Shown here: in pieces, positions 28,783 through 40,369 of the stretch | Numbering within the stretch: the first letter of the stretch is position 1 | How the letters are laid out: each line of letters opens with the position of its first letter | Source: Eledone cirrhosa | Lineage: Eukaryota | Direction: 5' to 3' | DNA: 64,000 nucleotides | Assembly (NCBI GenBank): GCA_964016885.1 | Contig: OZ024743.1 | Location: 86,924,001-86,988,000, forward strand | Notes under the pieces: model-generated | What the model was told of the DNA's origin: nothing | Databases searched by the model: none | What the model saw: the letters and a program-made list of their open reading frames with translations, nothing else | Made by a program: the position numbers and the translations under genes

Positions 28783-28961
28783 ATTGTTTCTACTTTTGGC
28801 ACAAGGCCAGCAATTATCCCAGTTTATTACTAGAGTTTGATTTTATCGACCCCGTAAGGATGAAAGGCAAAGTTAACCTCGGCGGGATTTGAACTCAGAA
28901 CATAAAGGTGTGTAACTCTATACTACAAAGCATGGCGTCCGACCTTCTACCGATACTACCA
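28780..28961 (-). mobile_element. Major SINE
   Basis: Reverse complement of the family consensus. Confidence 0.88.
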
Positions 28962-29074
28962 ATCCATCAAGTTAGATGGACGACAAATTTTCCATCGACT
29001 CTTACTTTCTTTTATATTTTACTTCATTTGTTTGCCGTTGCTATCAGTTTATCTAATAATTGCTGCGATTACCA

Positions 29075-29108
<34 letters not shown>

Positions 29109-29109
29109 G

Positions 29110-29157
29110 TCTTTGTATTGTCCCCTTTCTTGTTGCGCCCTTGTGGCTAATAAAGAA

Positions 29158-29209
<52 letters not shown>

Positions 29210-29587
29210 GGTTCTTTTTTTCAAATACCACTTTGGAAGAAGAATCAGGATGGAGAGAGAGAGGTGCTGCACCCCAGCAAGTTTTATGAAAGGTGGGTGA
29301 AAATGGCGAGAATGGCCCGAGTGAATGGGCCTTCTCTCTATATCAGCCTGTAGGTTGAGGAAAAGGAGGAGAGGAAAGGAGTACAAACTCTTCGTACTCC
29401 TGGAGTTGAGGGTTGCACATTTTTTCGGGGGTATGTGTTACCCATATGAACTGTCTCCCCTATTGGGGAAAATCGACTAACTTTTTAAATTGCATTTGTG
29501 ATAACATTTTACACGTTTTTATTGTATGTAAACTTCCCCTTTGTATTTGTCCCCTTCTTTTGTGGCCCTGTGGCTAATAAAGAAACA

Positions 29588-29649
<62 letters not shown>

Positions 29650-29862
29650 GGGTTGTTCTATCTAAGGGGTGTAAAACAACCCCGCCGTAACGTTCCTCCC
29701 TCTTGGCGATTTCGATTGTTATTTTATTTTAATATATAGTTTATTTTAATTTATTAATATTAAAGTTTACACAATTTTTATGTAAAACCCCCACCGTCAC
29801 GTCTTGTAATGTCCTATTTCTTGCGCGCCCTTGTGGCAAATAAAGAAACATATCTATCTATC
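29110..29862 (+). mobile_element. Three stacked Tx1-family 3' fragments separated by (TCTA)n
   Basis: 29110-29158, 29210-29588 and 29650-29850 each end in gccc(t)tgtggc(t/a)aataaagaaa+(TCTA)n. 29210-29353 encodes IRMEREVL..F..RWV..ARMARVN, homologous to the ORF2 C-terminus at 44653. Confidence 0.85.
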
Positions 29863-30303
29863 TAATTAAGTATATAACTTTCTATGTATATATAAGTATG
29901 TATGTATGTATGTATGTATGTATGTATGATCTGTATCAGGTTTTTGTCGATCTGACAAAGGCTTTCGATACTGTCAACAGAGATGCATTATGGAAGGTTC
30001 TCCAGAAACTTGGTTGCCCTGATAGTTTATTTTAATTTATTAATATTAAAGTTTACACAATTTTTATGTAAAACCCCCACCGTCACGTCTTGTAATGTCC
30101 TATTTCTTGCGCGCCCTTGTGGCAAATAAAGAAACATATCTATCTATCTAATTAAGTATATAACTTTCTATGTATATATAAGTATGTATGTATGTATGTA
30201 TGTATGTATGATCTGTATCAGGTTTTTGTCGATCTGACAAAGGCTTTCGATACTGTCAACAGAGATGCATTATGGAAGGTTCTCCAGAAACTTGGTTGCC
30301 CTG
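29736..30303. repeat. Tandem duplication of ~284 bp spanning Tx1 tail / (TATG)n / RTE 5' junction
   Basis: 29736-30021 and 30022-30303 match except for one TATG unit. 'ata' microhomology at the junction. Confidence 0.9.
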
Positions 30304-31769
30304 ATAAGTTCCTTGCTTTAGTTAGGTCTTTCCATGACGACATGAAGGCTTGGGTTAATGTCGGAGGTAACATGTCGGAGCCTATCTCAGTAAAAAATGG
30401 AGTGAAACAGGGGGATATTCCAGCACCGACCCTGTTTGCCATATACTTTGCAATGGTTTTCTGTATTGCATTCAGGAATTGCGAGCATGGTGTTTACATC
30501 CGATATCGAACCTCAGGCAGCATATTTAACATCAGGCGCTTTGCTGCGAAGACAAAAGTATTTACATCAGTCATAAGAGACCTCTTGTATGCAGATGATT
30601 GCGATCTTGTAGCGCACACAGAGAGTGATATGCAGCACATTTTGAATGTATTTTCTGACGCTTGCACTGCCCTGGGTTTGACTGTCAGTCTCAAGAAAAC
30701 CGTCGTCATGTACCAACCTGCACCTGGTAGGCAGTACACTGAACCAAACATCTATGTGTATGGCAAACGACTTGGAGTGGTTGATCAGTTTGTCTACCTG
30801 GGAAGCACTGTCAATCGATACGGCAACCTTGACAGTGAAATCTCACTTAGGATTAGGAAAGCAAGTGATGCTTTCGGAAAGCTAGAAAGGCGACTCTGGG
30901 GTCGGCGAGACATATGCAGGAGGACAAAGGTAAGGGTGTACAGGGCATGTGTACTCTCTTGTCTTCTTTATGCCTGCGAGACCTGGGTCACATATCGACG
31001 CCACCTTAAGCAATTGGAGCGTTTCCATCAGATGTGTCTCAGACGGATACATGGCGTTCGCTGGAGGGACCACATCAGTGATGTCGAGATTTTGGAAAGC
31101 TCTATGTGTGACAGTATAGAAGCTCTTGTGCTTAAGCAGCGACTCCGTTGGAGTGGTCACCTTGCCAGGATGAAGGATTCTAGAATACCAAAACAACTCT
31201 TCTATGGAGAGTTGGTTAAAGGAAAACGACCGCCACATAAACCAAAAAAGAGGTATAAGGATTCCTTGAAGGCCTCTCTGAGAGACGCTAACATCTCTGC
31301 TGATACATGGGAAAATATTGCTGCTGATCGTAATAAATGGAGAAAGACTGTATATGAGGGAAAAGTTGCCTTTGAGGCATCTCGAATCGCACACGAGAAA
31401 GTAAAGCGGGACGTGAGGAAGGGTATTGCTGTTGCACTTCCAGACGGCGAGGGTCCTCCTATGTTTCTGACATGCAGCGTCTGTGCGAGACTCTGCCTAA
31501 GCAAAGCTGGACTCGAAAGTCATCTTCGCAGTCATAAAGTAAGACCAGTGGTTGACTACCAGGCTGCTGTTGGAGATGCTACTCATCATGCTTGCCAAAC
31601 ATGTGGTAGAGAATGTAAATCAGCAGGAGGACTCAAGCGACATGCAAAAGTACACGAACTCCAACCACAGCCGACTATTCCCAGTAAATGTTTTGGTTGC
31701 CGACTCTGTGCAAGACATTTTGGATCATTGGCTGGGCTAAAAAGCCACATTCGATCGCAGCACTGTTAG
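30210..31769 (+). CDS. RTE reverse transcriptase (5'-truncated) with three C-terminal C2H2 zinc fingers
   Basis: VFVDLTKAFDTV, GVKQG..APTLF, LLYADDC, FVYLGS, LRWSGHLARM..RIPKQL.YGEL. Fingers CSVC..HLRSH, CQTC..HAKVH, CRLC..HIRSQH. Confidence 0.9.
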   Translation, partial: DLYQVFVDLTKAFDTVNRDALWKVLQKLGCPDKFLALVRSFHDDMKAWVNVGGNMSEPISVKNGVKQGDIPAPTLFAIYFAMVFCIAFRNCEHGVYIRYRTSGSIFNIRRFAAKTKVFTSVIRDLLYADDCDLVAHTESDMQHILNVFSDACTALGLTVSLKKTVVMYQPAPGRQYTEPNIYVYGKRLGVVDQFVYLGSTVNRYGNLDSEISLRIRKASDAFGKLERRLWGRRDICRRTKVRVYRACVLSCLLYACETWVTYRRHLKQLERFHQMCLRRIHGVRWRDHISDVEILESSMCDSIEALVLKQRLRWSGHLARMKDSRIPKQLFYGELVKGKRPPHKPKKRYKDSLKASLRDANISADTWENIAADRNKWRKTVYEGKVAFEASRIAHEKVKRDVRKGIAVALPDGEGPPMFLTCSVCARLCLSKAGLESHLRSHKVRPVVDYQAAVGDATHHACQTCGRECKSAGGLKRHAKVHELQPQPTIPSKCFGCRLCARHFGSLAGLKSHIRSQHC

Positions 31770-31892
31770 TTGCTATCGTGTGTTTGTGTGTGTGTGTGTG
31801 TGTGTGTAGATATGCTTATGTGCGTGCGTGTGTGTGTATATATATATGAATATGTATATTATTATTGTTGTTGTCGTTATTATTATTATTGC

Positions 31893-31923
<31 letters not shown>

Positions 31924-32050
31924 TTTTTTTTATTTTTTTTTTTTTATTGTGCAATGGCCATACTCGATAACGAGGGGGCAGCCATCATGTATGTATGTAT
32001 GTATGTATGTATGTATGTATGTATGTATGTATGTATGTATGTATGTATGT
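30211..32050 (+). mobile_element. 5'-truncated RTE (BovB-like) LINE with (TATG)n tail
   Basis: Uninterrupted RT ORF; 3'UTR containing (TG)n/(TTA)n; stem-loop tail at 31955-31986; (TATG)n at both ends. Confidence 0.92.
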
Positions 32051-32054
32051 TATG

Positions 32055-32661
32055 TCAGGTCACCAGTTGGTGCTACTGGTAACATGTATCCCAGTACAAC
32101 CTGTCTCATGGTCGGGTCGTTGGCGACTAAACTGGCAACCCCACCAAGGTTTCTTGGTGAGGAGGGTGACTTTGGACATCCTGTAGGACTAAAAACAAAA
32201 CCTGTCAAAGGGAAAAGGAGCTCTTAAGAGTCAATGGCCATCCAAAATCACGGGGAGAGATGACCCCTTAGCCTTTGTCAAGGCAGAATTCTAGGAGAAG
32301 GAAAACTCTGATATAACACCTGCAACTCTGATGGTATCCAATGATGTTGACTTGTTCTTCTTTTTGGTAAATATCATCTTGGTTAAGAGAGTGGGATTGG
32401 CTTTGTGTAGTGCTTTTGCTCACTATAAAAGCTTCACGGCACAGGCATTACTTTATATCTGGAGATCTCTCTACACTTATCGTCACATGGTACCATGGGC
32501 CCAGCACTATGTGTCAATAATTGTCACAAGTGTAGTGTTTGCACCAGAGTTTTCAAGTCGCTGGCTAGACTAAAAAGTCACACTCGTTCAGCGCATCGGT
32601 AGGGGTTCTCCTACATGGATATAAAGTAGTGGCCGTACTCGAAAATGAGTTGGCAGCCACC
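32055..32661 (+). mobile_element. Non-coding bipartite RTE-derived element, copy 2
   Basis: Highly similar to 15016-15622. Starts directly after the RTE (TATG)n tail. Confidence 0.78.
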
Positions 32662-32704
32662 ATATACATATGTATGCATGTGTGTGTGTATATATATATA
32701 TATA

Positions 32705-32892
32705 CTATAAGAAAAAGAGAACAAGGAATCAGTGTTGCATCATAACATATTTAATATGTTATTAAATATGTTATGATGCAACACTGATTTATTGTTCCCC
32801 ATTCTTATAGCATTATACTCTGCTCTGCGCGAGAATCGAGTGCTCAACCGGCATACCGCCTACGGACGCAATTTTTCTTGTAACCATACATC
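32705..32892 (+). mobile_element. Palindromic mini-element
   Basis: Hairpin 32705-32810, then TACTCtgctctg..TCGAGTGCTcaa.cggc. Tail homologous to 53321-53380. Confidence 0.6.
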
Positions 32893-32906
32893 TATATATA
32901 CATACG

Positions 32907-32963
<57 letters not shown>

Positions 32964-32972
<9 letters not shown>

Positions 32973-33295
32973 TTCAAAATATTAATAAATGAGCAATATC
33001 ATAACCAAAGTATATAATTTATTACACATATTTCCTACAGGAATTGATGATTCAAGTACCATAGCGGTATGTCGTATATCCAATCTCTTATATATTTTAT
33101 CTGATGAAAACGTACTGAAACACCATTGTACCTTTGAAATAAGTATAATAAAATATATACTTTGGTTATGATATTTCTCATTTATTAATATTTTGAATAA
33201 TATTATAGATACTCCAGATAAATAACTGTCGAGTGCTTCTAATCTATTGTAAAATTAAATTCGTTGAATAATCAACGAACCATATAAACTTTTGA

Positions 33296-33377
<82 letters not shown>

Positions 33378-33635
33378 GAAGTTATATTTAATTTGTTGGA
33401 ATTTCATCAGATAAAATACAAAATTTATTTATAAAACAAATTTTGTATTTTATCTGATGAAAGCGTAACAAGTTTGCTTGGTCGCCCTTGAAATATATAT
33501 AATAAAATCAATATGGTTTTATAAATATAGTTTCCATTTATTAATATCTTGGAATTCCAGTAAATTGTTGAGTGCTCTATATCAGTTATAAACATTTATA
33601 TTTGTCGGAACTCCAACAAATTAAATATAACTTCT

Positions 33636-33713
<78 letters not shown>

Positions 33714-34033
33714 CCAAAAGTTTATATGGTTCGTTGAATTCAATTTTACAATAGATTAGAAGCACTCGACAGTTATTTATCTGCAGTATCTATAATATTA
33801 TTCAAAATATTAATAAATGAGAAATATCATAACCAAAGTATATATTTTATTATACTTATTTCAAAGGTACAATGGTGTTTCAGTGCGTTTTCATGAGATA
33901 AAATATATAAGAGATTGGATATACGACATACCGCTAAGGTACTTGAATTATCAATTCCTGTAGGAAATATGTGTAATAAATTATATACTTTGGTTATGAT
34001 ATTTCTCATTTATTAATATTTTGAATAATATTA
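32964..34033. mobile_element. Cluster of three HHR-bearing mini-elements separated by (TA)n
   Basis: 32964-33298 (+; CTGATGA 33101, GAAA 33136, TACTCC 33210, TCGAGTGCT 33229) and its reversed near-copy 33713-34033 flank a different element 33375-33638 (CTGATGA 33454, GAAA 33490, TTGAGTGCT 33568). Each has a short inverted 5' piece. Confidence 0.7.
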
Positions 34034-34034
34034 T

Positions 34035-34212
34035 GGCAGTATCGGTAGAGGGTCGGACGCCATGCTTTGACGTATAGAGTTAAGGCCCTTGCTATTGTGA
34101 GTTCAAATCCCGCGGAGGTTAACTTTGCCTTTCATCCTTACGGGGTCGATAAAATAAAGTACCAGTAATGCACTGGGTAATTGCTGGCCTTGTGCCAAAA
34201 GTAGAAACAATT
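34035..34212 (+). mobile_element. Major SINE
   Basis: Full family consensus. Confidence 0.9.
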
Positions 34213-34246
34213 ATATATATATATATATAGATATATATATATATAT

Positions 34247-34695
34247 ATAATATAAGATCAAAAGATGGTTAAAAGAGTTCCATGTATTTTATTATGCGCA
34301 TTTCAAAAACAAATATCATCATGGGATGATATTTGCGTTCTCAGCAGATAAAATAGGGTGACATGATATGAAGCTTAAAAAACACTTGCGAGCAGTGAAG
34401 TGTTAAATCAACATATGAAAAATAAAATAAGATGGATATTTTTATTTTTCATATGTTGATTTAACACTTCACTGCTCGCAAGAGTTTTTTAAGCTTCATA
34501 TCATGTCTCCCTATTTTATCTGATGAGAACGCAAATATCATCCTATGATGATATTTGTTTTTGAAATGCGCATAATAAAATACATGGAACTCTTTAACCG
34601 TCTTTTGATCTTATATTATTTATACTCCAGTCTATAAACTTTTGAGTGCTACTTATCCGATATTTGCATTGCTTTATTGTGCTCACTCCCCCCCA
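34247..34695. mobile_element. Palindromic HHR-bearing mini-element (~175-bp arms); another copy at 52335-52520
   Basis: 34247-34425 is inverted against 34440-34619. CTGATGA 34520, long stem caaatatcatc/gatgatatttg, GAAA 34563, AATAAA, TACTCC 34623, TTGAGTGCT 34642. Confidence 0.72.
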
Positions 34696-34851
34696 TATAT
34701 ATATTAATATATATATATATATTTATATATTTATTAAAATAACAGATTATATTTACTCTACAGTTCTTATATATCTGATATATATTTATCCTTATCGAAC
34801 CCTCTTTGGATTTTAGTCTTCAAATTTATTATTATTACTATATATATATAA

Positions 34852-34904
34852 ACAAACATATATATATATATATAAACAAATACACATACATGCTTGTATA
34901 TGTG

Positions 34905-34941
<37 letters not shown>

Positions 34942-35266
34942 ATTGTTTCTACGTTAGGCACAAGGCCAGCAATTACCCAGTACATTACTGGTACTTTATT
35001 TTATCGATCCCGTATGGATGAAAGGCAAAGTTAACCTCGGCGAGATTTGAACTCAGTTACAGCCCTTGCCATTCTGAGTTCAAATCCCGCCGAGGTTAAC
35101 TTTGCCTTTCATCCTTACGGGGTCGATAAAATAAAGTACCAGTAATACACTGAGTAATTGCTGGCCTTGTGCCTAACGTAGAAACAATTACTATATATAT
35201 ATATATATACATACACATATACAAGCATGTATATGTATTTGTTTATATTTATATATATATGTTTGT
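34852..35266. repeat. Inverted duplication of a truncated SINE plus its 3' flank
   Basis: 34852-35056 is the reverse complement of 35074-35266 with a 17-bp spacer. The arms include ~75 bp of non-SINE flank. Confidence 0.85.
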
Positions 35267-35320
35267 CTATCTAATAGATAGATATATAGATAATTAGACA
35301 GGCAGACATACAAATAGATA

Positions 35321-35390
35321 TGTTTCTTTATTAGCCACAGGGACACAAAAGAAGGGGACAAATACAAAGGGGGAAGTTTACATACACATA
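35321..35390 (-). mobile_element. Tx1-family 3' tail (TCTA subfamily)
   Basis: Reverse complement matches 29525-29590. TAGA repeats adjacent. Confidence 0.75.
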
Positions 35391-35741
35391 CAAATAGATA
35401 GACATTTTAAATGCTATACAGAAACACCCACATCGTCCACTGCCAAGAAGTATTGTTGTTAAGAGAAGTGTTGTTAACATGATGAAATTCCAAAATGGTT
35501 TCGGACTAATATTCTAATTCATTGTGATAAGTGTTACTAAAAATAACAGGCTGTTCGTTTATCGATTCTAGGAATAACAGTTCCCATATACTGTCATAGC
35601 AGTAAACATACAACTCCGATTATTTGGCCTAGCAGAACTTGTATGGGCCACTGCTCTTTGTTGCCTTAATTCTACTTATATGGCTGTATATGATATAGTG
35701 TTATATGTATGTATATGTCTGGGAGTGTGTCTGTGTCAGTG

Positions 35742-35744
<3 letters not shown>

Positions 35745-35833
<89 letters not shown>

Positions 35834-35903
35834 TGCGTGTGTATCCGAGGGTGTGCATTCGCTTATGTGTGTGAATATGTGTGTTAGTATATGCGTGTTT
35901 GTG

Positions 35904-35936
<33 letters not shown>

Positions 35937-36036
35937 ATGTGTGTGTGTATGTGTGAGTGTGTGAGTGTGGTGTGTGTGTGTGTGTGTGTGTCAGTGTGTG
36001 CGTGTGTGTGAATGTGTGTTAGTATATGCGTATTTG

Positions 36037-36076
<40 letters not shown>

Positions 36077-36528
36077 CGTGTGTGTGTGTGCCTGTGTATG
36101 CATATGTGTGTAGGAGTATGTTTGTATGTATGTGTTTGTGCACGTGTGTGAGTATGTGTATGTGTGTCGGTATGCGCGTGGGAGTGAGTATGCGCATGCG
36201 TATGTGTGTGTGTAAGAGTATACGTGTTCATGTGTATGAATGCATGTGTATGATCCTTTTTATATGAGTGTGTGTGTATCTGTGTGTGTGTATGTGTATG
36301 AGTATGTTTGTATGTGTGTGTGTATGTGTGTGTGTGTGTATGTATGTGCATATCTATGTGTGTCTGTGTATGCATATCTGCGTATATGTGTGTGTGTGTA
36401 TATGTGTATGTGTGTGTGTATCTGTGTGTATATATCTGTGTGTGTGTGTCTGTGTATATGTGTGTGTACCTGTCTATATATATATCTGTGTGTGTGTGTC
36501 TGTGTATATATCTGTGTGTGTGTGTGTA

Positions 36529-36577
<49 letters not shown>

Positions 36578-36772
36578 CTGTGTGTATATATCTGTGTGTG
36601 TGTGTGTATGTGTGTGTCTGTGTGTGTGTCTGTGTATATATCTGTGTGTGTGTGTATGTCTGTGTGTGTGTGTGTCTGTGTATATATCTGTGTGTGTGTG
36701 TGTGTGTGTGTGTAGCTGTGTGTGTGTGTGTGTGTGTGTATCTGTGTGTATATATCTGTGTGTGTGTGTGTG

Positions 36773-36841
<69 letters not shown>

Positions 36842-36890
36842 TGTGTATCTGTCTGTATATGTGTGTCTGTGTATACATATGTCCATATAT
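35745..36890. repeat. Long compound (TG)n/(TA)n low-complexity tract
   Basis: Direct inspection. Confidence 0.95.
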
Positions 36891-37029
36891 GTATACGTCT
36901 TCATGCTATTCGTGTGCGAAAACTTTTCGTAAATGCGATCGATTAATTCTGCTGTTTTTCATTTCCGTGTAAAGAGTTTTCAAGTGAAATAAACTGAATG
37001 TTTCTATTGGTTCTCCTGGCTTGCCGAGG

Positions 37030-37320
37030 GCTAAATAAACGGGCGTGGGTTGGAAATCTTCTCCACTTGTTATATGATATTAGTAGAGATATAATTGAAC
37101 GGATCTCCGTCGATGTCGGCGATAAATATTTAGGGTCAAATAAACGGGCGTGGCTTGGCAGATCTTCTCTGATAATAGTAGAAGAGATGTACTGGAACGG
37201 ATCTCCGTCGATGTCGACGATAAATGTTGAGGTCCAAACGGGCGTGAGTTGGCAGATCTTCTCTGGTTGTAGTAAAGATGTAGTGGAACGAATCTCCTTC
37301 GATTTCGACAATAAATCTTC
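37030..37320. repeat. ~100-bp tandem repeat x3 running into a second SINE-like family
   Basis: Unit aaacgggcgtg..ttggcagatcttctct..gaacggatctccgtcgatgtcgacgataaat at ~37037, ~37142 and ~37236. Confidence 0.8.
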
Positions 37321-38550
37321 CAGTTGTTCGATGAAGCGGGACAGTCTACTCAGGAAAAATAACGTATAAGTGGCTGAACAGTCCACAGACACGTGTACCC
37401 TTAACGGTATTAAATTAACGTAATTAAAATTCAGCGTAACACAGTGTATGTTGTGATAAGGTTGGTCCTTTGAATTACATAAGGTATATGTTAAGGAGTG
37501 GAATGGGTCTCCATTGGTTTCGAAGATGAGTGTTCCAGTTGTTCGATCAACGGAACAACATGCTCAGCAAATTAAAATGTAAGTGGCCAAGCATTCTTGG
37601 TATAGTTAAAATTATTTATCTTTCTGTGTAGATTCCTGTTTTTTAATCATATGCACAAATGTGTGGAATGAGCCTCCGCCGGTTTCGACAATAATGAATG
37701 CTCCAATCGTTCAACCAACGGGACAATCTACTCTTCGAAATTAACATGTACTCCGGATCTCGAATAATTCCCCCCTCACCCCACCATTTATTAATTTTCA
37801 AATTTTTCCACCAACCCCGCTTATTAAATTTTGTTAATCTACCTCCGGCGAATTTTTTTTATACATTTAAAAAAATTATACATGACAAAAATTCCATACG
37901 TTATAAAATAAATAGGGCGGTGGATTGGCAGTATCGGTAGAGGGTCGGACGCCATGCTTTCCAGCATAGTTACGTCCCTTTACGATCTGAGTTCAAATCC
38001 CGCCGAGGTTGACTTTGCCTTTCATCCTTACGGGGTCGATAAAATAAAGTACCAGTAATGCACTGGGTAATTGCTGGCATTGTGCCTAAAGTAGAAACAG
38101 TTATAAAATAAATAGGCTGGGTTGGTGGCTGAATATGTAAACTAAACGACTAATTCTGGTTTAAAAAAAAAAACAACGGAGACAACCTAAAAAATTACCG
38201 ATTTCCGCCCTCCCCTGCTTTCCACCCCACTTATCCCCCCCCCCCCGCTATTATTTGAAACCCGAGAGAAAGTGGTTTATCACTTTACACACACAATGTA
38301 TCTTTAAGGTAATTTTTAGGGAGAATCATTGTGATACAGTGTGGATTAAGGCTGGTCCTTTGAATAATAGGTACATGTTAAGGAGAGGAATGTTTCTACA
38401 TCGAATGTTCCAGTTCTTCGATGAATTGGAGGATCCTGCGCGTGAAACAAACGCTTAAAGGGTGGATCATTCTACAGACACGTGTATCCTTAACGTAATG
38501 ATCAGAGAAATTCGGGGTGACAATGCTGACCCTTTGGATTACAAGTACTG
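37320..38550 (+). mobile_element. Cluster of diverged fragments of a second dispersed family (cacagacacgtgta..cttaacg; also ~15650-15760, ~27060-27200)
   Basis: Recurrent ttccagttgttcgat..aagtggctga.cattccacagacacgtgtaccctta..aaggctggtcctttgaa. Confidence 0.6.
37917..38099 (+). mobile_element. Major SINE with 17-bp target-site duplication
   Basis: gttataaaataaatagg at 37900-37916 and 38100-38116. Confidence 0.9.
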
Positions 38551-38711
38551 TCCATCCAATAGGCTCCCAAACAATTCCCGCCTATACAGTTTTACACACA
38601 AGGCATGGGTCTACCCGAGGTTAATGTAAATGATACTTGCTTCGGATACCACACTGTGAGATCGAACACGAGATTTAACAATTGTGAAGCGAACTCCTTA
38701 ACTATTCAGCC

Positions 38712-39297
38712 ATGCCGTGTTAACAGATGTAACAGAGCCATGTTACGTTGACAGATGTAATATAGTCATGCTGTGTCGACAGATGTAATATAGCCATGCT
38801 GTGTTAACAGATGTAATATAGTCATGCTTTGTTAACATATGTAATATAGTCATGCTGTGTCGACAGATATAATATAGTCATGCTGTGTTAACAGATGTAA
38901 TATAGTCATGCTGTGTTAACATATGTAATATAGTCATGCTGTGTCGACAGATATAATATAGTCATGCTGTGTTAACAGATGTAATATAGTCATGCTTTGT
39001 TAACATATGTAATATAGTCATGCTGTGTCGACAGATATAATATAGTCATGCTGTGTTAACAGATGTAACATAGTCATGCTGTGTTAACAGATGTAACAGA
39101 GCCATGCTGTGTTAACAGATGTAATATAGTCATGCTACGTTAACAGATGTAATAACGCCATGCTGTGTTGACAGATGTAATATAGTCATGCTGCGTCGAC
39201 AGATGTAATAACGCCATGCTGTGTTGACCGATGTAATATAGTCATGCTGCGTCGACAGATGTAACATAGTCATGCTGCGTCGACAGATGTAATATAG
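38712..39297. repeat. 28-bp minisatellite, ~21 copies, with 3-unit higher-order structure
   Basis: Unit atgctgtgt(ta/cg)acagatgtaatatagtc, period 28 (38768 to 38796). Confidence 0.95.
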
Positions 39298-39627
39298 AGT
39301 TAGCATGAAAATTACATTTGATTTTATCTGTTATACATAAACATATTATGTCAACTATATTTTACAAACAGAAGTTATACAATAATGAAAATATAAAAAA
39401 GGGGATAAAAACCAAAATTAAGTAATGGAAAGAGGGGGGGGGGTAAAGAAGGGCAGATCTGGCTGTATAGGAAAATAGAGGAAATGCCATAAATGAGAGG
39501 AAAAGGAGGGAAAGAGCAAGGACTATTAGACCACGGAAGAAAGAGAGAGGAAGGAGAGAGAGGGTGACAAGCTATATACCTAGGGAAACACACAAGTACG
39601 TGAACTCATATAACAGAAATGTTACAC

Positions 39628-40245
39628 AATAAATGGTTTCTGATTTAGGCACAAGGCCAGCAATTTTGGGGGACGAGAAAGTCTATTAAATCAACCCCAG
39701 TGCGTGACTGGTACTTTATTTTATCGACCCCGTAAGGATGAAAGGCAAAATTAACCTCGACGGGATTTGAAGGTTACCACAATAAATGGTTTCTTATATA
39801 GGCACAAGGCTAGTAATTTTGGGGGAGGGGAAAGTCGATTAAATCGACCCCAGTACGCGACTGGTACTTTATTTTATCGACCCTGAAAGGATGAAAGGCA
39901 AAATTAGCCTCGGCGGGATTTGAACGTAACCACAATAAATGGCGTGGTGGACAAGTTCCTTACAACCCAGATTTGAAACTGTGGAGCTGAATTTGTTAAA
40001 CCGGACCAGATGTTTACCTCGGCAGAAATATTGAAATTCAATATTGTGGGTATATTATCTTTGGGCAGTATCGGTAGAGGGTTGGACGCCATGCTCTGAC
40101 GCATAGAGTTACCGTCCTTGCCATTCTGAGTTCAAATCCCGCCAAGGTTAACTTTGCCTTTCATCCTTACGGGGTCGATAAAATAAAGTACCAGTAATGC
40201 ACTGAGTATTTGCTGGCCTTGTGCCTAACGTATAAACAATTATCT
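39628..40245. mobile_element. Three major-SINE copies: 39628-39775 (-), 39776-39935 (-), 40064-40240 (+)
   Basis: Family consensus. The plus copy is flanked by attatctttg direct repeats. Confidence 0.85.
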
Positions 40246-40369
40246 TTGTTTGTTGTTGTTGTTGTTGTTATTCCTGTTTCCACCTAAGTAGAAAGCTAAT
40301 TACAATGAGCGTTCATCCATAACAGATTTGTTGAGATTGAAATAAATAGGGTTGTGTGAAAGGGGAACT

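Noticed and set aside
31460-31769. Host C2H2 zinc-finger gene exon
   Set aside because: The fingers are in frame with the RTE RT, lack TGEKP linkers, and are followed by the RTE tail.
36943-37392. 149-aa and 123-aa ORFs as a host exon
   Set aside because: They coincide with a ~100-bp tandem repeat and a SINE-like fragment, and show no recognisable domain.
38712-39297. 28-bp repeats as a CRISPR array
   Set aside because: Units are contiguous with no unique spacers, there are no cas genes, and the context is eukaryotic.
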